Positions 1 through 8,617 are shown, counted from the stretch's first letter. The stretch: 25,298 nucleotides of DNA from Paracoccaceae bacterium (GCA_052031355.1 JBPEXR010000383.1:1-25298), one strand, 5' to 3'. Made by a program: numbers and translations. Notes: generated by a model not told the origin, from the letters alone.

Positions 1-4
1 GCGC

Positions 5-595
5 CTAGCCGCCCAGCCGGTCCGGGCCGTGGCGCAGGATCACCGGCACGATCAGCTCTTCCTCGTCCGCGAGGTGCCGCTCCAACTGCCGCGCGAATTC
101 CGCCAGCCCGCCCCGGAAGGCGCCCGCCGCATCGCGCAGCGCCTCCGCCTGCACCGGGCCGCGCCCGGGGGCGAAAGGCGCCAGCACGTCGTTCGCCTGG
201 GCGGTGAAGCCGGCCAGCAGATCGTCCAGCGCGTGGTGGTCGCGGTCGAGGATCTCGAACCCGCGCAGCAGGCGCGGCTCCAGCTCCTGCAGGATGGGAA
301 AGTAGTGATGATCCTCGATCTGGTGGTGCCCGTGCAACTGCTGCACCAGGTGCCCGCCGAGGCGCGAGAGGTTGGCGGCGAACTGCCGCCCCTCCATCTG
401 CCCCTCCAGCATCGCCTCGGCATCGGCCTGAAGGCGGGCGGTCATGCGGCGGAACATCACGTGCCGCTCCATCCAGAACTGGACGAGGCCGGGGAAGTTC
501 GGGTGCCGCTCCCAGCCCTCGCGCGGCATCTCGCGCAGAAGCGCGCGCAACCCCTCCGGCAAAGCGCTGCGCCGGTCCAGCCCCTCGGCCGTCAT
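5..595 (-). CDS. Hemerythrin-like (HHE cation-binding) domain protein, 196 aa
   Basis: Di-iron-type motif series H(VMFRR)...LHGHHQIEDHHYFP...HHALD...HLADEEELIVP. The real start is probably ATG at 595 (MTAEGLDRR), overlapping the upstream stop (ATGA, 592-595). The ORF-track extension to 727 lies inside the ABM gene. Confidence 0.85.
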   Translation of the reverse strand: MTAEGLDRRSALPEGLRALLREMPREGWERHPNFPGLVQFWMERHVMFRRMTARLQADAEAMLEGQMEGRQFAANLSRLGGHLVQQLHGHHQIEDHHYFPILQELEPRLLRGFEILDRDHHALDDLLAGFTAQANDVLAPFAPGRGPVQAEALRDAAGAFRGGLAEFARQLERHLADEEELIVPVILRHGPDRLGG

Positions 596-918
596 CCGCG
601 GTCGTAGACCGCGGCGACGTCGTACATCACCGGCTCGAAGGCGCGGCACAGGGCGTTGAACTGGCGATTGCGCTCGCGCATCTCGGGGGTGCGCAGCATG
701 GCCAGGAAATCCTCGCGGTTGCGCCATTGCGAGTAGTTGGCGATCCGCGTCTGCGCGTCGTTGACATGCAGCCCCGCGGCGATGAACCCCGGCTGGGCCG
801 AGATGAACTGGTCATAGGCCTCGCGCAGCGCCTCCAGCAGGTCCTGGCAGGTGCCGGGCGTGACCTCGAAGGTCGTGATCACGGTCTGGGCGTCGGCTTC
901 GGTGGTGATCTTCGGCAT
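592..918 (-). CDS. Antibiotic-biosynthesis-monooxygenase (ABM, dimeric alpha-beta barrel) family protein, 108 aa
   Basis: C-terminal part of ORF 592..2004: MPKITTEADAQTVITTFEVTPG...QPGFIAAGLHVNDAQTRIANYSQW. The PGF...NYxQW pattern is typical of ABM proteins. GGGGAGG Shine-Dalgarno lies 5-6 nt before ATG 918. Confidence 0.8.
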   Translation of the reverse strand: MPKITTEADAQTVITTFEVTPGTCQDLLEALREAYDQFISAQPGFIAAGLHVNDAQTRIANYSQWRNREDFLAMLRTPEMRERNRQFNALCRAFEPVMYDVAAVYDRG

Positions 919-1004
919 GGCGGCCTCCCCTGTCGCATCGCCCGGCCAGTCTGGCACGAAGCGCGGCGCCGTGACAGGGGGCGGGCCCAGGGGCGCCGGC
1001 CGCC

Positions 1005-2168
1005 CTAGCGCAGAACCGCCGCCCGCTGCACCGGGCGCGGGCCGGGCACCGGCGCACCGCCGGCGCCGAAGCTGTCCAGCGCCACCGCCGTGCCGCTGAG
1101 GGCCGAGGCCTGGGCCGCCAGCCCCATGCGCACCGCCAGCGCGCCGTCGCCGAGGCCCACCTCGGGCTGGCCGCCGCCGCGCACCACCTCCAGGAACCGC
1201 TGGTGCTGGTAGAAGGTGGCGCCGTTGTGATCGCCCGCCTCCAGCAGCGCCGGATCGACGGGGATCTCGCGCACCACGGGCCCCTTGGGGGCGCGCGGGC
1301 TGGTGATCAGCTGCGCCACCGGCGGGGCGCCCAGCTCCTGCGGCCAGAAGCGGGTGGGCCCGGGCACCAGCGCCTCGATCTTTCCGGCGGGACCGAGGGC
1401 GCTGATCTCCTCCTGGTAGCGGGCGCCTTCGGCGAACATGCACAGCTCCAGCATGGCGCGGGCGCCGCCGTCGAAGTCGACCATGGCATAGCCGTGGTCC
1501 CAGATGTCGGGCGCCTCGCCGTCGTAACGCTCTTCGAGATGGTTCACCGCCTGCCCGGCCGAGGCCATGACGCGCACCGGCTCCTGCCCGGTCAGCAGGC
1601 GCATCAGGTCGAAGAAATGACAGCATTTCTCGACGAAGGTGCCGCCGGTGTTGCGGTTGAAGCGGTTCCAGTGGCCGACCTTGGGCAGGAAGGGGAAGCG
1701 ATGCTCGCGGATGGTCAGCATGCGCAGCCCGCCGGTGGCGGCCTGAACCTGGTCCGCCAGGGCCGCGATGGCGGGCATGTAGCGATACTCCATCGCCACC
1801 CAGACGGGCGCGGGGTAGTCGCGCATCAGGGCGGCGACGCGCGGCTCCTCCGCCAGGGCGGTGTAGAGAGGCTTTTCCACCAGCAGCGGCAGCGGGCGAT
1901 GTCGGGCGATCTGCTCCATCTGCGCGACATGCAGCTGGTTGGGCGAGGCGATGACCAGCGCATCGAGGCCGGGCACCGCCAGCAGATCGTCCAGCCGCTC
2001 GCAAAGCACCGCCTCGGGCGCCAGCGCGGCAGAGGCGGCGCGCATGGCCGGGTCCGGCTCGAAGATCGCGGCGACGCGGGTGTCCGCCAGCAGCTTGATG
2101 TTGCGCAGATGCTCCTGCCCCATCATGCCGCAGCCGATGATGCCGTAGTTGACGATGCTCTCGCCCAT
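1005..2168 (-). CDS. sqgA: Gfo/Idh/MocA-fold oxidoreductase; probable NAD+-dependent sulfoquinovosidase (SqgA, GH188-like)
   Basis: Rossmann GIIGCGMMG, LVEKP, MEYRY, EHRFPFLPKVGHWNR, EKCCHFFD, DHNG. Start MGESIVNY at 2168 has an AAGGAGG RBS overlapping the smoD stop. The family is certain; the SqgA assignment rests on smo context and the recalled HRFPFLxK sulfonate-binding motif. No signal peptide. Confidence 0.75.
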   Translation of the reverse strand: MGESIVNYGIIGCGMMGQEHLRNIKLLADTRVAAIFEPDPAMRAASAALAPEAVLCERLDDLLAVPGLDALVIASPNQLHVAQMEQIARHRPLPLLVEKPLYTALAEEPRVAALMRDYPAPVWVAMEYRYMPAIAALADQVQAATGGLRMLTIREHRFPFLPKVGHWNRFNRNTGGTFVEKCCHFFDLMRLLTGQEPVRVMASAGQAVNHLEERYDGEAPDIWDHGYAMVDFDGGARAMLELCMFAEGARYQEEISALGPAGKIEALVPGPTRFWPQELGAPPVAQLITSPRAPKGPVVREIPVDPALLEAGDHNGATFYQHQRFLEVVRGGGQPEVGLGDGALAVRMGLAAQASALSGTAVALDSFGAGGAPVPGPRPVQRAAVLR

Positions 2169-2178
2169 CGGGGCCTCC

Positions 2179-2880
2179 TTACTTGATCCGCGCGACATAG
2201 CGCGCGCGGGCCGTGTCGATCCAGTTGCGTGACACCTCGGCCACCGTGCCGTCCTGCGCCCAGGACCGCCTTTCGGCCAGAAGGCAGGGCTGGCCCGCTT
2301 TCGGGCCGAAGCCCGGCGGCGCCCAGCCCGGCACCGGCCCCATGCCCAGCTGATCCTCGGCCCGGGTGATCCACAGGCCGAACACCCGGCGATAATGCAG
2401 GTAGAGGGATTCGGACAGCCGCCGCGCGTCGATCTGCCGGGCATAGGCGCCGTCCAGCCAGATCTCCTCCAGCACGCAGGGCTGCCCGGAAAGGGAACGC
2501 AGGCGGCGGATGCGGTGCGCCTCCTGCGCGCGGCCGAAGGGCGGCAGATCGTCCGGCTTGACGCATCGATCGACCGACAGAACCTCCGCCGTGGGCAGGC
2601 CGCCGCCGCCGATCAGCTCGACCCGGAAGAAAGCGTAGACGCTTTGCACGTCGGCCCGCACGCGCACGTAGTTGCCCGAGCCCTGGCGCCGCTCCAGCAG
2701 GCCCTTGGCCGTCAGTTCCGCCAGCGCCTTGCGCAGGGTGCCGACGGAGGTGCCAAGCTCGGCCGCCAGCGCGCGCTCAGGCGGCAGACGCTCGCCGTCG
2801 ATGAAGCGGCCGGCGTGAATTTCCCGCACCAGCATCTCGGCGATCTGGATGTAGACTGGCAGGGCGTTCTGGTGCGTCAT
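2179..2880 (-). CDS. smoD: GntR family (HutC/UTRA-type) transcriptional regulator, SmoD-like
   Basis: N-terminal wHTH (LPVYIQIAEML...RLPPERALAAELGTSVGTLRKAL...RRQGSGNYV) plus UTRA-like C-terminus; divergent from smoC. Confidence 0.85.
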   Translation of the reverse strand: MTHQNALPVYIQIAEMLVREIHAGRFIDGERLPPERALAAELGTSVGTLRKALAELTAKGLLERRQGSGNYVRVRADVQSVYAFFRVELIGGGGLPTAEVLSVDRCVKPDDLPPFGRAQEAHRIRRLRSLSGQPCVLEEIWLDGAYARQIDARRLSESLYLHYRRVFGLWITRAEDQLGMGPVPGWAPPGFGPKAGQPCLLAERRSWAQDGTVAEVSRNWIDTARARYVARIK

Positions 2881-2920
2881 CGGGGCGGGCCTGGGGCGGC
2901 GTTTGGGGGGCGGGCGGCAA

Positions 2921-2961
2921 ATTGATGCACCATTGATCTACCCATCGGGCGGTGTTACGCA
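2921..2961 (+). promoter_or_regulatory. Putative smoCBA promoter (-35 TTGATC 2933-2938, 17 nt spacer, TGn-extended -10 TACGCA 2956-2961) overlapped by an 11-bp direct repeat
   Basis: The only AT-rich patch of the smoD-smoC intergenic region. ATTGATGCACC (2921-2931) is followed directly by ATTGATCTACC (2932-2942). Confidence 0.45.
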
Positions 2962-2991
2962 AGGAAAAACGCCACCACGCAGGAGCCGCGG

Positions 2992-4149
2992 ATGACCGTT
3001 GTCCCCATCACCTCGCCGGACCTCGACGCGGTCGAGGTTTCCTGGTTCTCGGCGCTTTGCTCGGACGATTACCGCCACCTTGGCGTGCCGGAGGGGGACC
3101 TGCGCTCTTCCTGGGCGCACTGCCGTGACATCCTGCTGGAGGCCGAGGCCCAGGGCTTTCGCAACATCCTGTGCCCCTCCTCCTACCAGGTCGGGCAGGA
3201 CACGCTCAGCTTCGTGGCCGGCTGCGCGCCGCTGACCCAGCGCATCAACATGCTGGCCGCGGTGCGCTGCGGCGAGATGCAGCCGATCATGCTGGCGCGC
3301 ACCCTCGCCACGCTCGACCACATGCTGGAGGGGCGGCTGACCGTCAACATCATCTCCAGCGACTTCCCCGGGGAAAAGGCCGAGAGCGCCTACCGCTACC
3401 AGCGCAGCCGCGAGGTGGTGGAGATTCTCAAGCAGGCCTGGACGCAGGAGACGATCGACTACCAGGGCGAGATCTACCAGTTCTCCGGCCTGACGACCGA
3501 CCCGGCCAAGCCCTACCAGCAGAACGGCGGGCCGCTGCTGTACTTCGGCGGCTATTCGCCCCCGGCGCTGGAGCTTTGCGGCCAGCATTGCGACGTCTAC
3601 CTGATGTGGCCCGAAACCCGCGAGATGCTGGCCGAACGGATGCGCGCGGTGCACGCGGTGGCCGAACGCTACGGGCGCACGCTCGACTATGGCCTGCGGG
3701 TGCACGTCATCGTTCGCGACACCGAGGCCGAGGCCCGCGAATACGCGGCCGAGCTAGTCGGCAAGCTGGACGATGCCCAGGGCGAGGCGATCCGCGCCCG
3801 CGCGCTGGATTCCACTTCGCTGGGCGTCAGCCACCAGGCGCGCAACCGCGAACTGGCCGACATGGAAGGTTTCATCGAGCCGAACCTCTGGACCGGGATC
3901 GGGCGCGCGCGCTCGGGCTGCGGCGCGGCGCTTGTCGGCTCCACCGATCAGGTTATGTCGGCGCTGGAGGACTATCGGAAGATGGGCATCCGCGCCTTTA
4001 TCCTGTCGGGCTATCCGCATATCGAGGAGGCGCGGCACTTCGGCAGCCGCGTGCTGCCGGGGATGAAGACCTGCTCGCTGCCGCATGAATATGGCCGGGT
4101 GCCGGCCGAAACGCCCAAGACGCCCCTCGGGGCAGGAGACCGCCGCTGA
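2992..4149 (+). CDS. smoC: LLM-class flavin-dependent monooxygenase; sulfoquinovose monooxygenase SmoC-like
   Basis: Luciferase-like/SsuD-related signatures (NILCPSSYQVGQD, LAAVRCGEMQPIMLAR..ATLDHMLEGRLTVNIIS, PLLYFGGYS, FILSGYPH). Closely resembles Agrobacterium SmoC as I recall it. AGGAG RBS present; smoC-smoB-smoA order. Confidence 0.85.
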   Translation: MTVVPITSPDLDAVEVSWFSALCSDDYRHLGVPEGDLRSSWAHCRDILLEAEAQGFRNILCPSSYQVGQDTLSFVAGCAPLTQRINMLAAVRCGEMQPIMLARTLATLDHMLEGRLTVNIISSDFPGEKAESAYRYQRSREVVEILKQAWTQETIDYQGEIYQFSGLTTDPAKPYQQNGGPLLYFGGYSPPALELCGQHCDVYLMWPETREMLAERMRAVHAVAERYGRTLDYGLRVHVIVRDTEAEAREYAAELVGKLDDAQGEAIRARALDSTSLGVSHQARNRELADMEGFIEPNLWTGIGRARSGCGAALVGSTDQVMSALEDYRKMGIRAFILSGYPHIEEARHFGSRVLPGMKTCSLPHEYGRVPAETPKTPLGAGDRR

Positions 4150-5036
4150 TGGAACGCATTTCCCTGACCGACGAGTTGAGCCTGTCGCGCATCGTCTACG
4201 GCATGTGGCGGCTCGGCGACGATGCCGACACCTCGCCCGAGCACGTGCGCGCCAAGATCGAGGCCTGCCTCGAGCAGGGCATCACCTCCATCGACCAGGC
4301 GGACATCTACGGCGACTACGGCGCCGAGGCGCTGCTTGGCGCGGCGCTGACCCCGGACCTGCGCGACCGGGTGGAGATCATCACGAAGTGCGACATCGTC
4401 GCCCCGGTGGGCATCTACGCGGACCGCAGCGTCAAGCACTACGACACCTCGCGCGCGCATATCACCGCCTCGGTCGAGCGCAGCCTCCAGCAGATGCGGA
4501 TCGAGCATATCGACCTGCTGCTGATCCACCGCCCCGACCCGCTGATGGACCACCACGAGACCGGCGCGGCGCTGGACGAGCTGGTGCACGCGGGCAAGGT
4601 GCGCGCGGTGGGCGTGTCCAACTTCCGCCCGCATGACTTCACGCTGCTGCAATCGGCGATGAAAACGCCCCTGGCCACCAACCAGATCGAGCTGTCGCTG
4701 GTCGAGCACGCGCCCTTCACCAACGGCGATCTGGCGTTCCTGCAGGAACGCGGCATCCCGCCCATGGCCTGGTCGCCCCTGGCGGGCGGCGCGCTGCTGG
4801 CGGGGGGCAACCTGAAGCTGGGCGAGGCGCTGCGCGCCGAGGCCGCGCGGCTGGACACCGATCCGGCCGCCGTCGCGGTGGCTTGGCTGCTGGCCCATCC
4901 GGCGCGTATCCTGCCGGTGATGGGCACAAACACGCTTGACCGGATTCGCCGCCTCGGCGCGGCCTGCGACATCGCGCTGGACCGCGAGGCCTGGTTCCGC
5001 CTCTACACCGCTGCCCTGGGACGGGAGGTGGCCTGA
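4149..5036 (+). CDS. smoB: Aldo/keto reductase; 6-oxo-glucose (6-dehydroglucose) reductase SmoB-like
   Basis: AKR motifs LSRIVYGMWR, DQADIYG, ITKC, DLLLIHRPDP, GKVRAVGVSNF, NQIE, MAWSPLAGG, PVMGT. TGATG coupling to smoC. Confidence 0.85.
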   Translation: MERISLTDELSLSRIVYGMWRLGDDADTSPEHVRAKIEACLEQGITSIDQADIYGDYGAEALLGAALTPDLRDRVEIITKCDIVAPVGIYADRSVKHYDTSRAHITASVERSLQQMRIEHIDLLLIHRPDPLMDHHETGAALDELVHAGKVRAVGVSNFRPHDFTLLQSAMKTPLATNQIELSLVEHAPFTNGDLAFLQERGIPPMAWSPLAGGALLAGGNLKLGEALRAEAARLDTDPAAVAVAWLLAHPARILPVMGTNTLDRIRRLGAACDIALDREAWFRLYTAALGREVA

Positions 5037-5551
5037 TGGCCCAACCCCGCCCCCGGACCGAGACCTTTGCCCCCGGCCCCGACAGCACCGGCGATTTCCG
5101 CGCCGCGCTGGGGCGCTTCGGCACTGGCGTGACGGTGGTGACCTGCGACAGCAGCGAGGGGCCGATGGGGATCACCGCGAACAGCTTCGCCTCCGTCTCG
5201 CTGGACCCGCCGCTGGTGCTGTGGTCGCCGGGGCGGTTCTCGCGCCGCTTCGCGCATTACGCCGGGGCCGAGCATTTCGCCATCCACGTCATGGGCAACG
5301 ATCAGATCGAGCTGTGCCGCGGCTTCGCCCGGGCGCCGGACGCCTTCGCGGGCCTCGACTGGCGGCGCAGCGAACGCGGCGTGCCGCTGATCGAGGGGTG
5401 CCTGGCGCGGTTCGAATGCCGGCAGGTCGCCCAGCACGAGGGCGGCGATCACGCGATCATCGTGGCGGAGGTGCTGCGCGTGACCCATCGCGCCGGCGCG
5501 CCGCTATTGTTCTACGATGGGAAATACGGGGGATTCGACGCGCCCGAGTGA
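5036..5551 (+). CDS. smoA: Flavin reductase (NADH:FMN), SmoA-like
   Basis: FRAALGRFGTGVTVVT, GITANSFASVSLDPPLVLWS, GGDHAIIV. TGATG coupling to smoB. Confidence 0.9.
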   Translation: MAQPRPRTETFAPGPDSTGDFRAALGRFGTGVTVVTCDSSEGPMGITANSFASVSLDPPLVLWSPGRFSRRFAHYAGAEHFAIHVMGNDQIELCRGFARAPDAFAGLDWRRSERGVPLIEGCLARFECRQVAQHEGGDHAIIVAEVLRVTHRAGAPLLFYDGKYGGFDAPE

Positions 5552-5597
5552 GGACGGCTGCCCCGCGCCGCGGGGCCGGAGGGAGGGACCGGCGGCC

Positions 5598-6185
5598 ATG
5601 ACCGCGCTACTGGGGCTGATCGCCCCGCTTCAGATCGTCAACGACCATGTCCTGCGGCTGGGCCGCGGGCTGGCCATCGTCGCGCTGGCCGCGATGGTGG
5701 TGGCGATCCTCGTTCAGGTGTTCTTCCGCTACGTGATCGGCAACGCCCTGCCCTGGCCGGACGAGGCCGCCCGTTTCCTGATGCTGTGGATGACCGGGCT
5801 GATCGCCCCCTCGGCCTACCGCCGGGGCGGGTTCGTCGCCATCGACATGGCGGTGCGGCTGCTGCCCCCGCGCGCCGCGGCGGTGCTGGCGCTGGCGCTT
5901 CTGGGCCTGTCGCTGGCAGTGCTGCTGGTCGGGCTGCAGCTCAGCTGGAACCACGTGAATTCCGGCTGGCTCTTTGCCTCTTCCTCGCTGAAGCTGCCGC
6001 TGGGGCTGATCGGCATGAAGGCGGTGAAGATCAAGCTGGCCTGGATGTACATGTCCCTTCTGGTGGGCCTGGTGCTGCTGATCGCCGTGAACGTCGAGCT
6101 GATCCTGCGCAGCCTGGTCGAGCTGCTGGGCGGCGGCGCGCGGCTGCGCCCCCTGCCCGACATGCCCATGCCGGAGGCGGAATGA
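5598..6185 (+). CDS. TRAP transporter small permease (DctQ family)
   Basis: Four hydrophobic segments, QVFFRYV..ALPWPDEAARFLMLW, RGGFVAIDM. Start ATG 5598 after GGGAGG. Confidence 0.9.
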   Translation: MTALLGLIAPLQIVNDHVLRLGRGLAIVALAAMVVAILVQVFFRYVIGNALPWPDEAARFLMLWMTGLIAPSAYRRGGFVAIDMAVRLLPPRAAAVLALALLGLSLAVLLVGLQLSWNHVNSGWLFASSSLKLPLGLIGMKAVKIKLAWMYMSLLVGLVLLIAVNVELILRSLVELLGGGARLRPLPDMPMPEAE

Positions 6186-6186
6186 C

Positions 6187-7476
6187 GTGCTGATCTGGTT
6201 CCTGCCCCTCTTCCTGCTGTTCCTGGCCCTGGGCCTGCCGGTCTTCTTCGGCCTGCTGGCGGCGCCCGGGCTGCTGCTCTGGCTCAACGGGCAGGAGCGC
6301 GACATCGCCCTGCTCTACCGCAACGTCTACAACGGCATGGACAGCTTCCCGCTGATGGCCATCCCCTTCTTCATGCTGGCAGGCGAGTTGATGAACCGCG
6401 GCGGGATCACCATGCGCCTGGTGGAGTTCAGCCAGGCGATGATGGGCCACCTGCGCGGCGGGCTGGCGCATGTGAACGTGCTGTCCTCGATGCTCTTCGC
6501 CGGGCTCTCGGGCTCGGCGGTGGCCGATACCTCGGCGCTGGGCTCGATGCTGATCCCGGCGATGGAGAAACAGGGCTACTCCCGCCGCTTCTCGGCGGCG
6601 ATCACCGCGGCGTCCTCCGTCATCGGGCCGATCATCCCGCCCTCGGGCATCATGATCATCTACGCCTACGTGATGGGCGAAAGCGTCGCGGCGCTGTTCC
6701 TTGCGGGCATCGTGCCGGGCATCCTGGTGGGCCTGGGGCTGATGCTGATGGTCCGCGTCATGGCGCAGCGCTACGACTTCCCGGTCGCCACCCGCCGGCA
6801 CAGCTGGGGCGAGCGGGGCCAGGCCAGCCTCAAGGCCTTCTTCCCGCTGATGACGCCGGTCATCATCCTGGGCGGCATCCTGGGCGGGGTCTTCACCCCG
6901 ACCGAGGCCGCGGCGGTAGCGGTGGCCTATGCGCTGGTGATCGGCCTTTTCGTGCTGCGCACCCTGCGCCCGGGCGATCTGCCGGAGGTGCTGGGCCGGG
7001 CGGCGGCAACCTCGGCGGTGGTGCTGCTGCTGGTGGGCGCGGCGATGGCCTTCAAGACCGTCGTCAGCCTGTCACACGCGCCCGAGATCCTGGCCGAGAT
7101 CATCCTGTCGCTCAGCGAGAACCCCCTGGTCCTTCTGCTGCTCATCAACCTGCTGCTTTTCATCGTCGGCATGTTCCTGGACGCGGGCCCCGCGATCATC
7201 ATCCTGGGGCCGATCCTGGGGCCGATCTTCACCGACCTGGGCGTGCACCCGGTGCATTTCGCCATCATCATGTCGGTGAACCTGACCGTGGGCCTGGCGA
7301 CCCCGCCCATGGGGCTGGTGCTTTTCGTCGCCTCCTCGGTCTCGGGCGAGCGGGTGGAACGGATCGCCCGCGCCATCCTGCCATTCCTGGCGGTGGAGAT
7401 CGCGGTGATCTTCCTGATCACCTATGTCCCCGCCATTTCCATGACGATCCCGCGATTGACGGGCTTCGTGAACTAG
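6187..7476 (+). CDS. TRAP transporter large permease (DctM family)
   Basis: FPLMAIPFFMLAGELM, GLSGSAVAD, GPIIPPS, GVFTPTEAA, DLGVHPVHF, GLATPPMG. GTG start. Confidence 0.93.
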   Translation: MLIWFLPLFLLFLALGLPVFFGLLAAPGLLLWLNGQERDIALLYRNVYNGMDSFPLMAIPFFMLAGELMNRGGITMRLVEFSQAMMGHLRGGLAHVNVLSSMLFAGLSGSAVADTSALGSMLIPAMEKQGYSRRFSAAITAASSVIGPIIPPSGIMIIYAYVMGESVAALFLAGIVPGILVGLGLMLMVRVMAQRYDFPVATRRHSWGERGQASLKAFFPLMTPVIILGGILGGVFTPTEAAAVAVAYALVIGLFVLRTLRPGDLPEVLGRAAATSAVVLLLVGAAMAFKTVVSLSHAPEILAEIILSLSENPLVLLLLINLLLFIVGMFLDAGPAIIILGPILGPIFTDLGVHPVHFAIIMSVNLTVGLATPPMGLVLFVASSVSGERVERIARAILPFLAVEIAVIFLITYVPAISMTIPRLTGFVN

Positions 7477-7504
7477 AACCCAAGGCTTCATCAGGGAGGA
7501 AAAG

Positions 7505-8563
7505 ATGCTGAAGGGAACCATGAAGGCGCTGCTCACGGCCACGTTGCTGGCCGGATCGGCGGTGGCGGCGCAGGCGGCGGATTTCACGCTGCGCGCGACC
7601 GCGAACTCCAACGAGAACGACGAGGATTACGACGGCCTCGTCGTCTTCAAGAATTATGTCGAGGCGGCCTCGAACGGCGCCATCGAGGTGGAGCTGTTCA
7701 TCGGCACGCAGCTTTGCTCCAAGGGGGCGGAATGCCTGCAGGGCGTCGCCGACGGCTCGATCGACATCTACATCTCCACCTCCGGCGGCGCGGCGGGGAT
7801 CTTTCCCTACGTGCAGGTGCTGGACCTGCCCTACCTGATGGCCGACGACCGCGTGGCCGAGGCAGTGCTGCAAAGCGATTTCGTGGACACGGTCCGCGAC
7901 ATGGCGCTGGAGGATTCGGGCGGCAAGATCCGCCTGATGACCATCGGCAACACCGGCGGCTGGCGCAACTTTGCCAACACCAAGCGGCGCATCCAGACCC
8001 CCGCCGACATGGAAGGGCTGAAGATCCGCACCGTGGTCGCCGACCTGCCGCAGGAACTGGTGAAGGCCCTCGGCGCCTCGCCCACCCCGATCCCCTGGCC
8101 GGAGCTGTTCACCTCCTTCCAGACCGGCGTGGTCGAAGGCTCCAAGAACGGCATCACCGACATCATGGGCATGAAGTTCCCCGATGCCGGGCTGCAGTAT
8201 GTCACCCTGGACGGGCACGCCTACATGGGCGCCCTGTGGTGGATGAGCGAGGACCGCTTCCAGTCGCTTCCCGACGATCTGAAGCGCGTGGTGGTGGACG
8301 GCTTCTACCAGCTGCAGCAGGCGACCTTCGCCTCGCCGAAGCGCAAGTCGATCCAGGCCTACGAGGATTTCGTCGCCGGCGGCGGCGATCTTTACGTCCT
8401 GACGCCCGAGGAGAAGGAGCAGTTCAAGACCGCGGCCGAGCCCGTCTACGACTGGTTCAAGTCCAACGTCGATGGCGGCGAGGAGGTCTTCAACGCCCTG
8501 ACCGAGGCCGTCGCCGCGGCCGAGGAAGAGATCGAACAGGCGCGCCAGCGCGCGATGGAATAG
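7505..8563 (+). CDS. TRAP transporter substrate-binding protein (DctP family), probably for sulfoquinovose/sulfoquinovosyl-glycerol
   Basis: Sec signal peptide (..AVAAQAA|DF), LDLPYL, GLKIRT (conserved anion-binding Arg), SPTPIPWPELFTSFQTGVVEG. Substrate inferred from context only. Confidence 0.88.
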   Translation: MLKGTMKALLTATLLAGSAVAAQAADFTLRATANSNENDEDYDGLVVFKNYVEAASNGAIEVELFIGTQLCSKGAECLQGVADGSIDIYISTSGGAAGIFPYVQVLDLPYLMADDRVAEAVLQSDFVDTVRDMALEDSGGKIRLMTIGNTGGWRNFANTKRRIQTPADMEGLKIRTVVADLPQELVKALGASPTPIPWPELFTSFQTGVVEGSKNGITDIMGMKFPDAGLQYVTLDGHAYMGALWWMSEDRFQSLPDDLKRVVVDGFYQLQQATFASPKRKSIQAYEDFVAGGGDLYVLTPEEKEQFKTAAEPVYDWFKSNVDGGEEVFNALTEAVAAAEEEIEQARQRAME

Positions 8564-8570
8564 GCGCCAT

Positions 8571-8594
8571 GGCGGGGCGCTTCGGCGCCCCGTC
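8571..8594 (+). terminator. GC-rich hairpin with C(UUCG)G tetraloop between convergent dctP and the Sel1 gene
   Basis: GGCGGGGCGC-TTCG-GCGCCCCGTC, 10-bp stem with one G-U pair. No U-tract, so it may be a 3' stabiliser or Rho-assisted terminator. Confidence 0.55.
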
Positions 8595-8617
8595 CCACCG
8601 GCCTCTCGCCCCCCGCC

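Noticed and set aside
919-2004. N-terminal 362 aa of ORF 592..2004 as a fusion to the ABM domain
   Set aside because: It is an off-frame read of sqgA. The ABM gene has its own RBS and ATG at 918.
2992-4149. Annotation as alkanesulfonate monooxygenase SsuD or bacterial luciferase
   Set aside because: Same fold, but the coupled AKR, flavin reductase, GntR and SqgA-like neighbours fit SmoC. There are no ssuABC/ssuE or lux genes.
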